Origin: Sodalis sp. CWE
Lineage (GTDB): Bacteria; Pseudomonadota; Gammaproteobacteria; Enterobacterales; Enterobacteriaceae
Direction of reading: 5' to 3'
Assembly (NCBI RefSeq): GCF_019646055.1
Contig: NZ_JAESFE010000001.1
Coordinates: 418,466 to 450,465, forward strand
Length of the DNA: 32,000 nt
The translations under genes were made by a program, and so were the position numbers. Under the pieces are notes generated by a model, which saw only the letters and a program-made list of their open reading frames with translations, ran no database searches and had not been told where the DNA came from. Shown piece by piece: positions 21,094 to 31,874 of this stretch (the first letter of the stretch is position 1; every line of letters begins with the position of its first letter).

Positions 21094-22725
21094 ATGGATG
21101 TGCAACGTAATCTTTTCGTCATAGCTTTACTATTCGTATCTTTTATAATTTGGCAAACATGGCAAATCGACCATAATTTTAAGCCTGCTACTCAATTTGA
21201 AAATACTACTACCTTAGTAGACTTAGATAGACAAGCACCAATAGCGAGTAAAGAAAAAAAAATTATTTCAATTAAAACTGATGTGCTCTTGCTAAATATT
21301 AATGCTTATGGTGGTGATATTGAAGATGCTTTTTTACTGTCTTATCCAAAGGAACTAAATTCGTTGCAACCCTTCCATTTATTGGAAACTTCTTCTAAGT
21401 TTATTTATCAAGCACAAAGTGGATTTACTGGAAAAAATGGTCCGGATAATCCTGTTAATGGTGTTCGTCCTCTGTTTATCACAGATCAGAGTACATATGT
21501 ACTAAAAAAAGATCAAACAAAACTAGTTGTACCACTAACTTATATGTCTTTAGACGGAGTTAAATATACTAAAACCTTTGTTTTAAAACGCGGCAATTTT
21601 GCACTAGATATCATTTTTTCCATTAAAAATACTAGCGTTAAACCAGTTGAATTAACACTTTTTGGACAACTGAAACAATCCATTAATTTACCTAAGTCGC
21701 ATGACAGTAAACGTCATAATTTTGCATTACATGCTTACCGTGGAGCGGCTTACTCTACTATTAATGAAAAATATCAGAAATATAGCTTTAAAGATATAAA
21801 AAACAAAAATTTAAATATTGATAGTAACGGCGGTTGGATAGCTATGCTACAACAATATTTCGTTGCAGCTTGGATTCCTTCCATTCTGGATAAAAATACT
21901 TTTTACACGTCAGAATTAAACAATAACTTAGCAATAATTGGATTTAAGTCTCCTTCTTTTACTGTTCTGCCAAACAGTCAAAGCGAAATGAAATCTGTAC
22001 TTTGGATCGGTCCTAATATTCAAGATAAATTAGCATCTGTCGCTCCGCATTTAGATTTAACGGTTGATTACGGTTGGTTATGGTTTATTTCTCAACCATT
22101 ATTTAAATTATTAAAGTTTATTTACAGCTATGTTGGTAACTGGGGTTTTTCTATAATCATCATTACATTTATTGTACGTGGGATCATGTATCCTTTAACT
22201 AAAACACAATATATTTCGGTAGCAAGAATGCGTGTACTGCAACCAAAACTGATAGCAATACGTGAACGACTAAGTAATAATAAACAACAACAAAGTCAAG
22301 AAATAATGGCGCTTTACAAGAAAGAAAAAGTTAACCCATTAGGTGGATGTCTTCCTTTTTTAATTCAGATGCCTATATTTTTAGCTCTATATTATATGCT
22401 ATCAAGTTCTGTTGAGTTACGTCATGCACCATTTGCATTATGGATTTATGATTTGTCATCACAAGATCCGTATTACGTTCTTCCAGTTTTAATGGGGGTT
22501 ACTATGCTTTTTATACAAAAAATGTCTCCTTCTACTATTACTGATCCAGTGCAACGAAAATTTATAACCTTTATGCCGGTAATTTTTACTTTATTTTTTT
22601 TATGGTTTCCTTCAGGATTAGTTTTATACTATATAGTCAGCAACTTAGTAACTATCATTCAACAACAACTAATTTTTCGTGGTTTAGAAAAACATGGTCT
22701 ATATAACAAAAAGAAAAAACATTAA
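21094..22725 (+). CDS. yidC: membrane protein insertase YidC
   Basis: The track ORF starts at TTG 21070. ATG 21094 instead gives [21 protein letters not shown], matching the E. coli YidC N-terminus [21 protein letters not shown]. The rest is collinear: [82 protein letters not shown] and [31 protein letters not shown]. Confidence 0.96.
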   Translation: MDVQRNLFVIALLFVSFIIWQTWQIDHNFKPATQFENTTTLVDLDRQAPIASKEKKIISIKTDVLLLNINAYGGDIEDAFLLSYPKELNSLQPFHLLETSSKFIYQAQSGFTGKNGPDNPVNGVRPLFITDQSTYVLKKDQTKLVVPLTYMSLDGVKYTKTFVLKRGNFALDIIFSIKNTSVKPVELTLFGQLKQSINLPKSHDSKRHNFALHAYRGAAYSTINEKYQKYSFKDIKNKNLNIDSNGGWIAMLQQYFVAAWIPSILDKNTFYTSELNNNLAIIGFKSPSFTVLPNSQSEMKSVLWIGPNIQDKLASVAPHLDLTVDYGWLWFISQPLFKLLKFIYSYVGNWGFSIIIITFIVRGIMYPLTKTQYISVARMRVLQPKLIAIRERLSNNKQQQSQEIMALYKKEKVNPLGGCLPFLIQMPIFLALYYMLSSSVELRHAPFALWIYDLSSQDPYYVLPVLMGVTMLFIQKMSPSTITDPVQRKFITFMPVIFTLFFLWFPSGLVLYYIVSNLVTIIQQQLIFRGLEKHGLYNKKKKH

Positions 22726-22801
22726 AAAAACCACAAATTTGAAAAATATATATTTTTATTGATGATAAAACTATTGATTAGTCTGTTTTAATTTAAAATA
22801 A

Positions 22802-24199
22802 ATGCAATGTAAAAAATCTTTCCCATTCAATCAAACAGACACTATTGCTGCTCTTGCCACTCCACCAGGGGTTGGAGGAGTGGGTATTTTACGTGTTTCT
22901 GGATCGTTAACTGTTCAAGTGGCTCATGCATTACTCGGAAGAGTTCCCAGTCCTCGACAGGCCGAATATTTACCATTTCGCAATAAAAAAGGTGAAACGA
23001 TTGATCAGGGAATTGCGATATTCTTTCCACATCCTCACTCCCTTACAGGAGAGGATATCTTGGAATTACATGGGCACGGAGGCCCAGTTGTACTCGATTT
23101 GCTGTTAGAGCATATTGTTGGAGTACATGGAGTACGTATTGCGCGCCCTGGTGAATTTTTAGAACGCGCTTTCCTTAATGACAAGCTAGATTTAGTTCAA
23201 GCTGAAGCTGTCGCTGATCTTATCAATGCCAGTTCAGTTCAAGCTGCACGTTTAGCAGTAAATTCATTACAAGGTATATTTTCCAATCATATTCAAGAAA
23301 TAGTCAAATCAATTACTAAATTGCGCATTCATATTGAAGTGGATATTGATTTTCCTAACGAAGAAAAAACTGACTATTCTTTATCTAAAGATAAAATTAA
23401 CACGGATCTAAATAAAATTATTTTTCAACTTAATCAAACGTATGACAAAGCGAATCAAGGCAATTTACTGCGCGAAGGAATAAAAGTAGTAATAGCCGGA
23501 AAACCAAATGTCGGTAAGTCCAGTTTACTAAATATCCTGGTTGGACGTGAAGCAGCAATTGTCACTAGTATTGCTGGTACGACGCGCGACGTTATAAGAG
23601 AAAATATCCATATTAACGGAATACCATTAAATATTGTTGATACTGCTGGGCTTCGAAAGACTAGTGATGAAATAGAACGCATTGGCATTGAGCGAGCTAA
23701 AGCCGAAATTGAACAAGCAGATCATATACTTTTTGTTGTAGACAAAACCGTTACATCTCTTAATGATTTAAACAAACTCAGTTCTGAACTTATTAATTTT
23801 TCTCAACCCATGTCAGTACCAGTCACCATTATACAAAATAAAGCAGATCTTACTGGAGAAAATGTTAGATGTAGGAAAATAGGTAATCATCCCTGCATTA
23901 TTTTATCAGCACGATCTGGTGCAGGAGTAAATCTATTGCTTTCTCATTTGAGAATGAGCGTTGGTTTTAAGAAAAATATAGAGGGAATTTTTCTAACCAG
24001 ACGTCGTCATTTGCATGCATTGAAAGCAGCCATTTTCCATTTACAAAATGGAAGGAAACAGTTATCGACTAATCACTTTCATGAATTATTAGCTGAAAAT
24101 CTTCGTTTAGCGCAACAATCTTTAAATGAGATTACTGGTGAATTTAAAACTAATGATTTACTTGACGAAATTTTTTCCAAATTTTGTATTGGAAAATAA
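22802..24199 (+). CDS. mnmE: tRNA modification GTPase MnmE (TrmE/ThdF)
   Basis: 465-aa ORF collinear with E. coli MnmE (454 aa). Shared blocks [72 protein letters not shown]-domain G.PN.GKSSLLN and DTAGLR, and C-terminal FCIGK. Confidence 0.96.
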   Translation: MQCKKSFPFNQTDTIAALATPPGVGGVGILRVSGSLTVQVAHALLGRVPSPRQAEYLPFRNKKGETIDQGIAIFFPHPHSLTGEDILELHGHGGPVVLDLLLEHIVGVHGVRIARPGEFLERAFLNDKLDLVQAEAVADLINASSVQAARLAVNSLQGIFSNHIQEIVKSITKLRIHIEVDIDFPNEEKTDYSLSKDKINTDLNKIIFQLNQTYDKANQGNLLREGIKVVIAGKPNVGKSSLLNILVGREAAIVTSIAGTTRDVIRENIHINGIPLNIVDTAGLRKTSDEIERIGIERAKAEIEQADHILFVVDKTVTSLNDLNKLSSELINFSQPMSVPVTIIQNKADLTGENVRCRKIGNHPCIILSARSGAGVNLLLSHLRMSVGFKKNIEGIFLTRRRHLHALKAAIFHLQNGRKQLSTNHFHELLAENLRLAQQSLNEITGEFKTNDLLDEIFSKFCIGK

Positions 24200-24300
24200 T
24201 GCTTATCTTTAATTAAGATATATAAAATAGTCATTAAGAGGTTAATTCCATTAAGAAAAGTCGCTCTTATTTTAAATACTATCAAGATAAAACTTTTCTG

Positions 24301-24325
24301 AAATAAAAAAGCAGCTAATTAGCTC
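24301..24325 (-). terminator. weak candidate terminator after bamC
   Basis: The minus strand reads TGA(stop) TTATG AGCTAATTAGCT GC TTTTTTATTT: a 12-nt perfect palindrome (24313-24324) followed by a T-rich run. The usable stem is only 4-5 bp. Confidence 0.25.
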
Positions 24326-24329
24326 ATAA

Positions 24330-24644
24330 TCATTCGCAATAACAATCTAGGTGAAAATTGTCTAAAGGTTCTAGTGATTTTGGAGGTCTAATATCTAGTT
24401 TTTTGCCTATTTTACCATTATATAGAACAGTAGGAATTTCGTAATCATTGTTATATTCCGGTAAGAAAATTGAATTAGGTAAATAAATAAGTGCCCGCAA
24501 AGAAGGTGTTTGTAAATATCTTTCGTGATCATTCGCTTGGGTATTACAATCATAATGATACAAAGAGCATGACTCAGTTAACATAGTCACGCTTGCTAAA
24601 GCAAGCGCTAGCTTTGATATCCGAAAAATGAATATTTTAAACAT
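24330..24644 (-). CDS. bamC: truncated outer-membrane assembly lipoprotein BamC (NlpB), N-terminal BamD-binding segment only
   Basis: 104-aa ORF 21 nt downstream of dapA, the position bamC/nlpB occupies in E. coli. It has a signal peptide plus Cys (..VTMLTESC). YLQTPSLRALIYLPNSIFLPEYNNDYEIPTVLYNGKIGKKLDIRPP aligns with E. coli BamC [45 protein letters not shown]. E. coli BamC is 344 aa; this ORF stops 14 codons after DIRPP. Confidence 0.7.
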   Translation of the reverse strand: MFKIFIFRISKLALALASVTMLTESCSLYHYDCNTQANDHERYLQTPSLRALIYLPNSIFLPEYNNDYEIPTVLYNGKIGKKLDIRPPKSLEPLDNFHLDCYCE

Positions 24645-24665
24645 AACATAAGTTCTCTAGAGAGT

Positions 24666-25586
24666 TTAAATTAAACCTGCGTGTAATAATGCTTTCTTTA
24701 GTATAAGACGCCCAGATTTCTTTAGTGAAGTCATTGGCAGGCGTAGTGTATCCTTTTCAATTAATCCTACTACTTTGCAAGCCCACTTAATAGGTATCGG
24801 ATTAGTTTCATAAAAAAGATTGCGATGTAAAGGTATCAACTTTTTATTAAGACATCGTGCTTCGGCTAAACTACCTCTAGCAACTAAAGTGCAAATTTTT
24901 GCTATTTCCTTTGCTGCGACATTTGCAGTTACGGAAATTACTCCTTTGCCACCTAATTGCATAAAATCTAATGCGCTTTCATCATCACCGCTCAAAAGTA
25001 TAAAATTATCACTAACTAACTCTTGAATTTGATTAACGCGCTTCAGGTCTCCTGTTGCATCCTTAATACCAACAATATTTTTAATATTTGCTAAACGAGC
25101 AACGGTAGATGGCAAAATATCGCAACCGGTTCGTATTGGAACATTATATAAAATTTGCGGTAGGTCACTGTTTTCAGCAATAGCCTTAAAATGATAAAAA
25201 AGTCCTTTTTGATTTGGACAATTGAAATAAGGAGTAACAATAAGATATCCCATTACACCACTATCATTAAATCTCTTAGCTATTAAAATTGCTTCGTTGG
25301 TAGAGTTTGTACTTATTCCGCTAATGATAGGAATACGCCCTTCACTAATTTCAATGGACCAAGTTACTAGTTTATAATATTCCTCATGAGTGAGAGTAGA
25401 TATTTCTCCAGTTGTTCCTGCTATCACAATTGCTGTGGTACCACTTTCAATATGGTAATTAATCAGTTTGTTCAAACTGATCTGATCAATAGCACCATAC
25501 TCATTCATCGGAGTAATCAAAGCAACTAAACTACCCTTAAGGTAAGTTATCATTGATTTTTTATTATCAATTAAAGAATACGACAT
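24666..25586 (-). CDS. dapA: 4-hydroxy-tetrahydrodipicolinate synthase
   Basis: 306-aa ORF collinear with E. coli DapA (292 aa). Shared blocks TPM.E.G, GTTGE..TL.H.E, RIP.I.G.. and [70 protein letters not shown]. By alignment the true start is probably the internal ATG at 25553 ([16 protein letters not shown]); neither ATG has a clear SD. Confidence 0.94.
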   Translation of the reverse strand: MSYSLIDNKKSMITYLKGSLVALITPMNEYGAIDQISLNKLINYHIESGTTAIVIAGTTGEISTLTHEEYYKLVTWSIEISEGRIPIISGISTNSTNEAILIAKRFNDSGVMGYLIVTPYFNCPNQKGLFYHFKAIAENSDLPQILYNVPIRTGCDILPSTVARLANIKNIVGIKDATGDLKRVNQIQELVSDNFILLSGDDESALDFMQLGGKGVISVTANVAAKEIAKICTLVARGSLAEARCLNKKLIPLHRNLFYETNPIPIKWACKVVGLIEKDTLRLPMTSLKKSGRLILKKALLHAGLI

Positions 25587-26053
25587 TGGCTGCTTTTAAA
25601 AATAAAAAATTCATTGAAATCATCCGTCAATATAGTTTCACTGAAATAATCAAAACTTATTGTTTAATTTCGCTTCGAAATCTTAATTGAAAAAGAGAAA
25701 TCTTTACTCTGTTGATTTAGTGAAAGGTTACTTATTTGTTACCAGAATATATATAGATCTTTTTAAGAAAATTTAGTTGTTAATTTTACTGTACATTTAC
25801 AGTTTTTTCTCTCTCTGATGAAAAATTATTTCATCTTTCGTTCCAGTAAAAATTTATTTATAGTGCAAAGACTACGCTAAAAATGTTTTCTAAACATACG
25901 TTCGCATTTATTTTTTATCCATGGTATCATATAATCTTTATCCCATAAATAAATAAAGTAATCTGTCAATTTGCTCTTACATATTAAGAAAGCAGTTAAA
26001 AAAAGAAACAAAATTTTGATGGTTTTTCTTAAATCAAATAAATCAAAAGTTAA

Positions 26054-26073
26054 CTCTCTCTTAAAAGAGAGAG
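26054..26073. repeat. 20-nt near-perfect palindrome CTCTCTCTT-AA-AAGAGAGAG
   Basis: 9-bp arms with 4 G:C pairs, read directly. It is immediately followed by the palindrome AGCTAGCT. It lies mid-spacer between dapA and upp. Confidence 0.55.
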
Positions 26074-26791
26074 CTAGCTTTGTATGGTTGCATCTTCTTC
26101 ATTGCGATTTAATTAAAAAGTAAGTTTTAGAAAAAATTTCTCGAAAACAAAATTAAAAGTTTTATTAGTTTCTAATTTATATCTAATAAAATTAGATTGA
26201 TACGTGCATAATTTACATGTTAATACGAATCCGCGCCACGACAACTGAAATACAATAATATTTTGTATTTTCTCTTTTCTAGAAGAGAATTAATTCCAAT
26301 TATTTTACTAACAATTGCTAGATAATTTTTTCTATTATAAAATAGAATTTTTATGCAGAATTTAGTTGACCCGATTTTGCTACCTAAAAAATTTAGTGTA
26401 TAAATTATAATTTAGCTGATAATATAATTTTGCTTTAAACTATCTATTTTAGACTTTACGTGAAATAACATTTTTAGTTATTTTGAATATTTTTCACTAC
26501 GTTCTTTCTTTACGAGAAATCAGAAAAAATTTTAAAGTAAGCCTGTACAACCTATTATTTGAATAAACAATTCCAGTTATAAAAGATATTTTCTTTTAGT
26601 CAAAAGAATAAATATAATAGGAGCTAATAGTTTTTTTTAATTAAAAAAGCACTGAAATTATTTCAAAGCGTTTCTTTTTAAAAGAAAAATATAACAAATT
26701 TAGACAATTAAAAAATTTACATTGATGTTTAAAAAATATTAAAATAATAAACTTGTTTCAAACAATATTGAAAGCAATCTACTAGCGTAAC

Positions 26792-26834
26792 TTTGCTCTT
26801 TTACATATAAAATTTTATGTTGCAAAAGAGCAAA
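26792..26834. repeat. extended interrupted hairpin (11 bp + 5 bp)
   Basis: TTTGCTCTTTT (26792-26802) pairs with AAAAGAGCAAA (26824-26834), including 4 G:C pairs. The inner stem is ACATA (26803-26807) / TATGT (26816-26820), with a 3-nt bulge TGC. It lies about 200 nt downstream of the upp stop, and no U-run follows on either strand. Confidence 0.5.
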
Positions 26835-27036
26835 AGTAAAAAGTTAATAACAATTAATAACGCTTTATTTTAGAAAAATTTTGTTAATGATACGTTGGCT
26901 CTATTAAAAACTAATAAAATTATTTCTTAATAATAAGAAAATAAAAAAATAAAAGACATTTATTAATAAATTTTTTGAATATTTTAATGGAAAAACAATT
27001 AATGATTTGTCTTAGTAAAGATTTAAAAATTAGAAT

Positions 27037-27663
27037 TTATTTTGTTCCAAAAATTTTATCACCAGCATCACCTAGTCCAGGAATAATGTATCCTTTTTCA
27101 TCCAATCCTTTATCGATAGCTGCTATGTAAAGTTCTATATCAGGATGTGCTTTTTTTAATGCAGCAATACCTTCAGGCGCTGCTACTAGTACCAGAGCTC
27201 TGATGCATGTACAACCCGCTTTTTTTAATAAATTAATAACAGTAATTATCGAGCCTCCAGTTGCCAACATTAAATCCATTACTAATGCCATCCGTTCATT
27301 TATATTTGATACCAGCTTGTGAAAATAAGGAACTGGTGTTAGAGTATTTTTTTCACGATAAATGCCAACTACGCTAATGCGCGCACTAGGTAGATTTTCT
27401 AAAATTCCATCCATCATTCCTAATCCAGCTCGTAATATAGGTACAACTGTAACTTTTTTTCCTTTAATTTGATCAATTTCAACAGGACCACACCATCCAT
27501 CAATGGTAACTTTTCCAGTTTCCATATCAGTGGTTGCAACATAAGTCAATAAACCACCTACTTCTGAAGCAAGCTCGCGAAAACGTTTCGTACTAATATC
27601 ATGAGCACGCATCAATCCAAGTTTATGTTTCACTAATGGATGTTTAACTTCAATAATTTTCAT
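27037..27663 (-). CDS. upp: uracil phosphoribosyltransferase
   Basis: Collinear with E. coli Upp (208 aa). N-terminus [36 protein letters not shown] vs [36 protein letters not shown]; C-terminus [17 protein letters not shown] is identical. The track ORF starts 4 codons earlier (27675). That extension contains GGAG 6 nt upstream of ATG 27663, so I take 27663 as the start. Confidence 0.96.
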   Translation of the reverse strand: MKIIEVKHPLVKHKLGLMRAHDISTKRFRELASEVGGLLTYVATTDMETGKVTIDGWCGPVEIDQIKGKKVTVVPILRAGLGMMDGILENLPSARISVVGIYREKNTLTPVPYFHKLVSNINERMALVMDLMLATGGSIITVINLLKKAGCTCIRALVLVAAPEGIAALKKAHPDIELYIAAIDKGLDEKGYIIPGLGDAGDKIFGTK

Positions 27664-28839
27664 ATATCTCTCCATAGAGCAACGAAAGATTCAATTTTTA
27701 AGAAATTATAACGTGTTTGTATATGATTAGATATTATGAATTAATTCTTAGTTTTACTTAAATCAATTTACGTGACATACAATATATCTCATTGTAAAGT
27801 GATTTTTTTAAAAATCTTCGATTGCAAGATATAATTTTTAAGTTTGGAATATTTTTATATCATTAAATAACTGAAAATTCTTTTTCATGTTAAAACTTTC
27901 AAATCTAATAGTTGCAAAGTTATATTTGAATCATCAGGTTCTTCTTAAAGAAGACCCATTTAAATAAAAATATTGGAATTTTCATTCATAAAATGAAATA
28001 ATGTTTTATATCTATTAAGCTTCAGTAAAAAGATATTATTTATTTTATTTACTTGTTCAAATATGGCATGCCTTTATAGAAGGTAAACATATTAAACTAT
28101 ATAAGCAATCAGGACTTTAAATATAAAAAAGTATATTAATATTCATTTTTTAAATGATTGTTAAATTTAATTAACCAAAAATTAAGAAAAAGATATTTAA
28201 GCAAATTTTGCTTTAGCAAGCATTACCAAAATTATTTATATAGCAATTGAAATTAAAAAATTTAACTAAAATTTTTTTTCTAGAAACTCAAATTTTTTAG
28301 TAAAATTTTCTTATAAAGAATTATAATTTATCTGAGTTAAAATTCATATGTATAATTTTAATTAATCTCTTAAAACATTATTAACTTGAATAAGCTGAAG
28401 TAATATTTATTAATAATATTAAATTTGCTCGTTAATTGATGCATGTTTGATTTTGATATTTATTCAAGTCGATAAATAATTACTTGCAAATTAAGTAAAT
28501 CTTTTTAGGTCTAAAAAAATTTTTAGTATAATAAAATATATCGTTATTGTGAATTTATACTTTATATAAGCGTATTTAATTGTAAATGTACTTTACAAAA
28601 CAAATTGTTGCCGTAATTAACAAAGTTAACTATAAAATTCATCAAATTTCTTTTTTACTTTTAATAAAAATAAAGACAGAGGTAAAATTATCTTCTTCTT
28701 AAAAGAAATTTTAAGAAAAAGTTTGAGTTAGCTATATAACAAGTAAACACAAATAATTAATAGAAAAATCGAAAAATAAACTAATTATATTTATCTAATC
28801 GTCAAATTAGATTTTTAAGTCATTTTATAAGAAAAATGT

Positions 28840-30414
28840 CTACTCCCATTCAATCGTGGAAGGGGGTTTATTAGAAATGTCATACACAACGCGAGAAATA
28901 CCTTCGACCTCATTAATAATCCGGTTGGAAACATGATTTAAAAAATCATAAGGCAAATATGCCCAATTTGCTGTCATAAAGTTGACAGTTTCAATTGCGC
29001 GAAGAGAAATAGTCCAATCATATCTGCGAATATCTCCCATAATGCCAACAGAACGTACAGGTAAAAATATCGTAAAAGCCTGACTTATTTTAGAGTACAA
29101 GTTTTCTTTTATTAGTTCTTCAATAAAAATTGCATCGGTGCGACGCAATAAATCACAATACTCTTTTTTTACTTCACCTAGCACGCGTACGCTAAATCCA
29201 GGACCAGGAAAAGGATGACAATAAAGCATCTCGTAAGGCAATCCAAGCTCCAAACCTATTTTACGCACTTCGTCTTTAAAAAGCCCTTTGAGGGGTTCTA
29301 CTAAACCCATTTTTATATTTTTTGGCATACCACCAACATTATGATGTGATTTAATGACGTTATATCTATTGCCAATAATTGAAGAGGATTCAATTATATC
29401 TGGATAAATAGTTCCTTGTGCCAGCCATTTTACATTGGTGAGCTGCATTGCTTGTTCGTAAAATATTTCCATAAAAACTCTACCAATGGATTTTCGCTTT
29501 TCCTCTGGATCAATAATGCCAGCCAATGCAGAAAAAAATCTATCTTCTGCAAGAATATGAATGATTTTCAAACCGTAGCGATATCCGAATGTTCTTATTA
29601 ATTGATTCGATTGATCGTGATGCAGGAGTCCATTATCAATAAATACGCAAGTAAGCTGATCACCAATAGCTCGGTGCAACAGCATTGCAGTTACTGACGA
29701 ATCTACACCGCCAGACAATCCGAGGATCACTCCATCATTTTTAACTTGTTTTCGAATGCGAATTATAACATCATCAATTACTTTAACTGAAGTCCAAAAT
29801 GTTGAACATTTGCAAATATTAAAAATAAAACGTTCAAAGATGCGGGTTCCTTGTTTAGTATGCGTAACTTCAGGATGAAATTGTATTCCATATAATTGTT
29901 TTTTTTCATTAGCCATAATAACACATGGGCAAACTTTAGTACTGGCGATGATAGAAAAACCTTTTGGAACACTGACAACCATATCATTATGACTCATCCA
30001 AACATCTAACAATGGTGTTCCGTTAGAACTAACATTATCTTGAATATTACGTATTAGAGGACTATTAATTAATATTTCTACTTGAGCGGAACCAAATTCA
30101 CCTTTCGATGCATTACAAACCGTTCCTCCGAGTTGGACTGCTATAATATGCATACCGTAACAAATACCAAGCACTGGTATTCCAGCACGGAAGATGTAAT
30201 CTGATACACGTAAGCTGCTATGTTCAGTTATACTTTCTGGACTTCCAGACAGTATAATCCCTCTAGGTTTAAGATTACGTATTTGTATCTCAGTTGTATT
30301 CCATGACCAAAGCTTACAATGAACTCCTAATGCATGTATTTGATTTGCAATTAGTTGAGTATATTGGGAGCCAAAATCTAAGAGAAGAATTCCGTTGTAG
30401 ATATTACTTTTCAT
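28840..30414 (-). CDS. guaA: GMP synthase (glutamine-hydrolysing)
   Basis: 524-aa ORF collinear with E. coli GuaA (525 aa). Shared blocks [90 protein letters not shown] and [32 protein letters not shown]-terminus RVVYDIS.KPP.TIEWE. Confidence 0.97.
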   Translation of the reverse strand: MKSNIYNGILLLDFGSQYTQLIANQIHALGVHCKLWSWNTTEIQIRNLKPRGIILSGSPESITEHSSLRVSDYIFRAGIPVLGICYGMHIIAVQLGGTVCNASKGEFGSAQVEILINSPLIRNIQDNVSSNGTPLLDVWMSHNDMVVSVPKGFSIIASTKVCPCVIMANEKKQLYGIQFHPEVTHTKQGTRIFERFIFNICKCSTFWTSVKVIDDVIIRIRKQVKNDGVILGLSGGVDSSVTAMLLHRAIGDQLTCVFIDNGLLHHDQSNQLIRTFGYRYGLKIIHILAEDRFFSALAGIIDPEEKRKSIGRVFMEIFYEQAMQLTNVKWLAQGTIYPDIIESSSIIGNRYNVIKSHHNVGGMPKNIKMGLVEPLKGLFKDEVRKIGLELGLPYEMLYCHPFPGPGFSVRVLGEVKKEYCDLLRRTDAIFIEELIKENLYSKISQAFTIFLPVRSVGIMGDIRRYDWTISLRAIETVNFMTANWAYLPYDFLNHVSNRIINEVEGISRVVYDISNKPPSTIEWE

Positions 30415-30431
30415 TAATCATCTGTCATGCT

Positions 30432-31874
30432 TTAAGTTACTTCTTTTACCTTTTTTGATTTAGCTAGAAAGCAATTATTCGACCAGTTTCGAATCTTGGA
30501 TTTTCTTTTGACTCTGTTAGGAAAAGGATTTTTGCTTTCATTAAATTGAATATGTATAGGTACGCCAACAATATTAAGTATTCGACGAAAATAATTTATT
30601 AAGTATTGTTTATAATTATTAGGCAGTTTTTTGACTTGTGAACCATGAATTATTATGGCTAGCGGATTGTATCCACCAACATGAGCATATTTAGGTTTTA
30701 TGCGATACCCTCCTTGTATTAATGGTGGCTGATGTTCTTTTATAGCCATGCGCATAATACGAGTCAGATATGCTGTATTTATTCTTTTAATAGAACACAA
30801 ATATGCTTCTTCTACAGAAGAAAACAAATTTTCCATCCCAGTACCGTATAATGCAGAGACGTAATGTATACGGATAAAATTAACAAATTTTAGACGCTGC
30901 TCTAGTATTTCTTTTTCTTCTTCGTTTGATTTATGTTCGGATACTTGATCCCACTTATTTGCTATAATTACTAGACAGCGACCGCTGTTAAGTATTAACT
31001 TAAGCAATGAAAAATCTTGATTACAAATACCTTCGTAAGCATCAATCACTAACAAGACAACATTAGTATTTTCAATAGTTTGTAATGTTTTAATAACAGA
31101 AAACTTTTCTACGGTTTCTTTAATTTTACAACACTTACGTACTCCAGCAGTATCAATTAAAACGTATTTCTTTCTATTTCGTACTATAGGTACGTGTATA
31201 CAATCGCGCGTAGTACCAGGAGTATCGTAAACTACCATACGTTCTTTTCCGAGAATTCGATTTATCAACGTAGATTTGCCGACATTAGGGCGTCCTATAA
31301 TTGCAACTTTTATCGGATTAGATTTTGAAATTAAAAACTCTTCTTTTGATTTGTTAGGTTCTGCAAATAAGATATTCCTTATTAAGGGCAATAAAGTTTC
31401 TTTAACAAGAATGTTTATACTTTTTTCGCATAAAGCAGAAATAAAAACAATCTTTCCAACTGTACATATAGAAAAAAAGTCTTTTTCTAGATTGAGAACA
31501 CTGTTTTTTTCAGTTTTATTAATAGCAATTACTACAGATTTTTTACGGTTATATAAATATTTAGCAATACTTTTATCGTTTTCTATCAATCCAATTTGTC
31601 CATCTATAACAAACAAAATAATATCAGCTTCATCAATTGCTATCATAGATTGCTGGGTTATACAAGCCTCTATTTCTTTGCAGCTACCATTTATTCCACC
31701 AGTGTCAATAACAATAAATGCATAACCATTCCATTCAGCAAAACCGTAATTGCGATCGCGTGTTAGGCCAGAAAAATTTGCTACCAGCGCATGGCGAGTA
31801 CCCGTTAATTTATTAAATAGAGTAGATTTACCTACATTTGATCTGCCAATCAACGCTATAACTGGTATTGTCAT
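30432..31874 (-). CDS. der: ribosome-associated GTPase Der (EngA), tandem GTPase domains
   Basis: 480-aa ORF collinear with E. coli Der (490 aa). N-terminus PV.AL.GR.NVGKSTLFN.LT.TR.ALVA.F.GLTRDR.YG and DTGG. The second G domain has IIGRPNVGKSTL.NR.LG.ER..VYD.PGTTRD and DTAG.R. It ends 17 nt upstream of guaA. Confidence 0.96.
   Translation of the reverse strand: MTIPVIALIGRSNVGKSTLFNKLTGTRHALVANFSGLTRDRNYGFAEWNGYAFIVIDTGGINGSCKEIEACITQQSMIAIDEADIILFVIDGQIGLIENDKSIAKYLYNRKKSVVIAINKTEKNSVLNLEKDFFSICTVGKIVFISALCEKSINILVKETLLPLIRNILFAEPNKSKEEFLISKSNPIKVAIIGRPNVGKSTLINRILGKERMVVYDTPGTTRDCIHVPIVRNRKKYVLIDTAGVRKCCKIKETVEKFSVIKTLQTIENTNVVLLVIDAYEGICNQDFSLLKLILNSGRCLVIIANKWDQVSEHKSNEEEKEILEQRLKFVNFIRIHYVSALYGTGMENLFSSVEEAYLCSIKRINTAYLTRIMRMAIKEHQPPLIQGGYRIKPKYAHVGGYNPLAIIIHGSQVKKLPNNYKQYLINYFRRILNIVGVPIHIQFNESKNPFPNRVKRKSKIRNWSNNCFLAKSKKVKEVT

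Noticed and set aside
25788-25809. ACTGTA-CATT-TACAGT followed by a T-run, divergent from dapA. It could be an orphan terminator of a small RNA or a LexA-like CTGT..ACAG box.
   Set aside because: The stem is only 6 bp with 2 G:C pairs, so hairpin-plus-T-run at this strength is expected by chance. The CTGT-N6-ACAG spacing does not fit the LexA box (N8).
28199-28213. Palindrome AAGCAAATTTTGCTT in the spacer upstream of upp. It resembles a PurR operator (ACGCAAACGTTTGCGT type) where the purMN promoter lies in E. coli.
   Set aside because: The half-site spacing is one nucleotide short of a PurR box, the central CG is lost, no purM ORF remains, and AT-rich palindromes are frequent here.
31276-31725. 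149-aa ORF on the plus strand.
   Set aside because: It lies entirely antisense within der, is TTG-initiated, has a low-complexity I/F/L/S-rich translation and no family resemblance. Long antisense frames are expected opposite AT-rich coding sequence.
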